DNA of 64,000 nucleotides from Octopus vulgaris. Its lineage: Eukaryota. The position numbers and the translations under genes are program-made. Position 1 is the first letter of the stretch; each line of letters opens with the position of its first letter. Below, in pieces: positions 60,734-64,000 of this stretch. The DNA lies in contig OX597824.1 of NCBI GenBank assembly GCA_951406725.2, positions 85,870,001 to 85,934,000 of the forward strand. The letters are read 5' to 3'. The notes under the pieces were generated by a model. The model was not told the origin of the DNA, searched no databases, and was given only the letters and a program-made list of their open reading frames with translations.

Positions 60734-62498
60734 TTATATGTAGAAAAATACAAACTGGGACAAGAACGCAAAACACTTAGAAGACGATACAAAAAACACG
60801 GACGGGACATTCGAAGCCCTCAATCTTCAGTATATATATATATAGTTTACATTGTTGAATCTATCTTTATTCGTTTTAATCAGTAGAGTGCAATTTGTAG
60901 GCGATTTAGCTGCTGTTTCTAACAGATCGAATGACGACGTAGAAGACACCTCATTGGCTCCAAGTGTTTATCACATAATGAATGCCCAACTAGATTTTCC
61001 GTCGTCCCCAACTTACTGCCTAGACACCAATCCGTCATCTGAGCAATCAAAATTATATTTCATATTATTTGAGGAAAATCTAATCGAATTATTTTAAGGT
61101 GTTAATTACGTTATGTAGATGATATTCTATAAGCACCGATATGATGTATTTAGCTACCTGCAAATACTCAGGTGTTGAAAAGGACTCAAGGTCTATCAGA
61201 TATTTTTAGTATTAAAAATATATATATGAAGAGAATTAAAATTTTTTAAAGAGATCTTTATGTTATGGCAAAATAAAATAGTTTCTAACTTTCGAATAAC
61301 CGAAAACTACCAAAATACTTATTTAATTTCATAAATCACAGTTTAATGTTAGAAAACTGAAAATATGATTGAAGAAAATAATGTAATAATATTGACACAA
61401 CAAGTGAATTTGAATTAATGTAAAGGTAATTTATTTTTAATATGTATCCGTATGCCAAAAAATAAGTGAAAGAAATTTGTGAATTAGAAGATTGATTTGG
61501 TTAAACTTAAAAGCAAGATAACCGTTAAACTTTTAGCAGATGTAAAAAATCTCTCATCCGACGCAGTACACCTGAGAAGAAAATGGCGTGCTAGGTAAAA
61601 GTATATTAACTAGTGTGGTAATTGAATGTTGGTCATTAGCAATTTTAAAATCATGCAAAAGAGCTAAAGAAGAAATAAAGATTGTATATGTATTTGATCA
61701 AGTAATAAAACTGTATAGACGGACAATCAGGGTATTATTTTCGTTTTTAAGATCAAGATAAGTTGTGAAAAGCTGACCTGGATATTTGCGACGAACAAAG
61801 ACGGACGTTGCATAAAAATGTCATCAACGGCAACAGTTGGAGTAACAAAGACAGGTGAAAGCGAAGAAGAAGAAGACAAATAAACAATGTCTAATGTAGT
61901 GAAAAATATTTCCAGAAAAACAGAAAATCTTGAAATATATGTATATAATATAATTACCTCCAGTCCCGTAAATTCAGAACATCTACCGTGTTTTGTTTGT
62001 GTATTAATGTTTGTTGTTGTTCTTGTTAGTGGTGTTTTATGTTTCAGCTTTTATTTGCTTGCTTTTTTTTTTAATTAATTATCCGATCCTTTACTTTTTA
62101 CCGACGACGGGAGAGACACAAACAAGCTTAACATCAAACGATTCATTGAGTTAAAAAACCCCACAAATTGTAACAATCGTGGACGTTTGAGGGAGTCTTG
62201 TTATCTGGGTGTAAACTATTTCGTGGTTTTTCTTCCCCCACAAACTTTTAGCTTTGTTTCGTTTGTTTACTTCTCTTTACAAACACGGGACGTCCCACAT
62301 TTTCTTCTGCAAAACTTTCACATCTTTTTCCTTTTCTTTTTAACTTTTGTGTCCTTTCTTTTTTTGCAGAAATCAATCGAGTTTAAATTATCAACCAGGT
62401 ATCTCTCTTTAGCATCTCAAACTCACCCTCCTTGTTCCTATCACTGTCACTCTGTATCCTCCTTCACTATATTCTCACACTTCCCCCCTTCTCCACTA

Positions 62499-62545
<47 letters not shown>

Positions 62546-62859
62546 TCCTCTCCCCTGTCTCACTCTCTCTTTGTCCGTCACCTCAACAAGGTTAATGTAG
62601 TAAGCACCTGTTACTACTGCCTTCCACCACAAACTCAGGTGATTCACTCTCCACTGTGAGATAGATACTTACTTATGCTACCTGCCAGGTAACCACCCTT
62701 CAAATTGCCCTGTTGGTAGAATAGCAATTTGAAACCACTTTTAACCTTGCTCTCTACTCTATTAATAAATCCTTATTTGTTTATTTATATATTTGTTAAT
62801 CAATTTAATTATATTTTGCATCACAATATGTGAACTTAGCGTCATTGGTTACAGGCTCC

Positions 62860-63272
62860 GGATCTTTTCGGTTTGAACGGCAGTTTTTTCTAGCGGTGTC
62901 ATATGAAATTGTCACCCATAATTATAACCCTAGTATCGATCTATTGCATTTCAATCTGTTTTAGGGTTGGGGTTAGGGGGGAAGGGTATCTTTTTTTTTT
63001 CAGAAATGTGAATAAACCCAATCTGTTTCTTAAACGAGGGACATATTCATACGGCACAGAATGGTTTTCAACTCAATAGACGTCATTGATTAGTTGAAAT
63101 TGCAGGAATTGAAGAAAAACAACAACAAATATCTTACAAACCATAGAATTTTCACAATAAAGCCAAGAGAAAAAGATGTTTTATAAACACACTCTACCAG
63201 TATACGAAGTTTAAAAGTGTTTAGCTACGTGGAAATTATTTTTAAAAACTGCCGGTCAAACCGAAAAGATCC
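62860..63272. mobile_element. Merlin-like MITE with perfect 8-bp TSD
   Basis: caggctcc at 62852-62859 and 63273-63280; 29-bp TIR with GG...CC termini. Confidence 0.9.
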
Positions 63273-63404
63273 CAGGCTCCCAATGAACCAATCACTGCAT
63301 TTCTGATGGCGAGAGTGACAAGGGAGTATTTACAACTCGAAATATCTCAAGGGACTTCATTCCCGAAGCAACTGTCATTCAGTTTCCTAATTAATTAGAC
63401 ATGT

Positions 63405-63545
63405 CTGTATAGTAAGAAGTTGGCTTCCCAACTTCATTGTTCCAGGTTCAGTCCCATTGCGTGGTACCTTGGGCAAGTACTTTCTACAGTAGTCTCGAGC
63501 CGAACTAAGCCTTGTGAGTGGATTTGGTAGGCGGAAACTGAAAGT
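63405..63545 (+). mobile_element. Degraded SINE family A, 5' half
   Basis: ggttcagtcccattgcgtggtaccttgggcaagt. Confidence 0.75.
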
Positions 63546-63931
63546 GTGTGTATGTGTGTGTGTGTTGTGTGTGTGTATGTGGTGTGTGTGTGTGTGTGTG
63601 GTGTGGGTGTGTGCGTGCGCGCGCGCGTCACCATAGATTGACACCACCGGGCTTTAATAATTGATTGAATTATTGTCAAGACGACATGCTGCGATAAATC
63701 ACGGCGGGGCAGATAAAGGGAGGTTTAAAGGAAGATTTACATTGTTTATGGTTCAGTCCATTTTCAGTTTCGCTTGGTCCAGTCCATTCAATACAGTAAA
63801 ATCTCTATACCTTAACCTCTCTCTCTCTCACTTTCTCTTGTTATCTCTCCTTTATTCACTCCTCATACCCTACAATATCTCTCGTTTTCTCATGTCATAT
63901 CTCCACTCTACTTTTGTTTTGTTCTTTCTCA

Positions 63932-64000
63932 AGCCATGCCTGGCTCATAAGGGCCGGTTTCCCGGTTTCCTTGGCGTATAGGTTCCCCACCTGGACGGGA
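63932..64000 (-). mobile_element. SINE family C tail (runs off the window)
   Basis: ggctcataagggccggtttcccggtttc...ctggacggga. Confidence 0.75.

Overview
AT-rich, repeat-dense animal genomic DNA. The tRNA-derived CORE-, Meta- and V-domain-type SINEs and the abundant (TA)n/(ATGT)n microsatellites point to an octopus/coleoid cephalopod (inference). Most ORF-track entries are microsatellite or SINE artefacts. Three protein-coding loci are supportable. (1) The first coding exon of RNASEK (V-ATPase subunit f; 5798-5875, minus strand, missed by the ORF track), with three CLEAR/M-box motifs and an ETS site just upstream. (2) An uninterrupted 319-codon orphan ORF with a 40-aa internal repeat (12815-13774, +). 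(3) A single-coding-exon BTB-BACK protein with an N-terminal PLDLS motif and no kelch repeats (34715-35512, -). The rest is a layered transposon landscape: SINEs; R4/Dong, RTE and CR1/L2 LINE relics; Helitrons; and mariner, maT, Tigger/pogo, Merlin, piggyBac, hAT and Chapaev3 relics. The most unusual signal is a set of minimal hammerhead-ribozyme motifs of the Penelope/retrozyme type. One of them (9846-9890) is nearly canonical and sits at the tip of a long rod-like RNA structure. All calls were made by eye; no searches or folding programs were run, and coordinates of degraded repeats are approximate.
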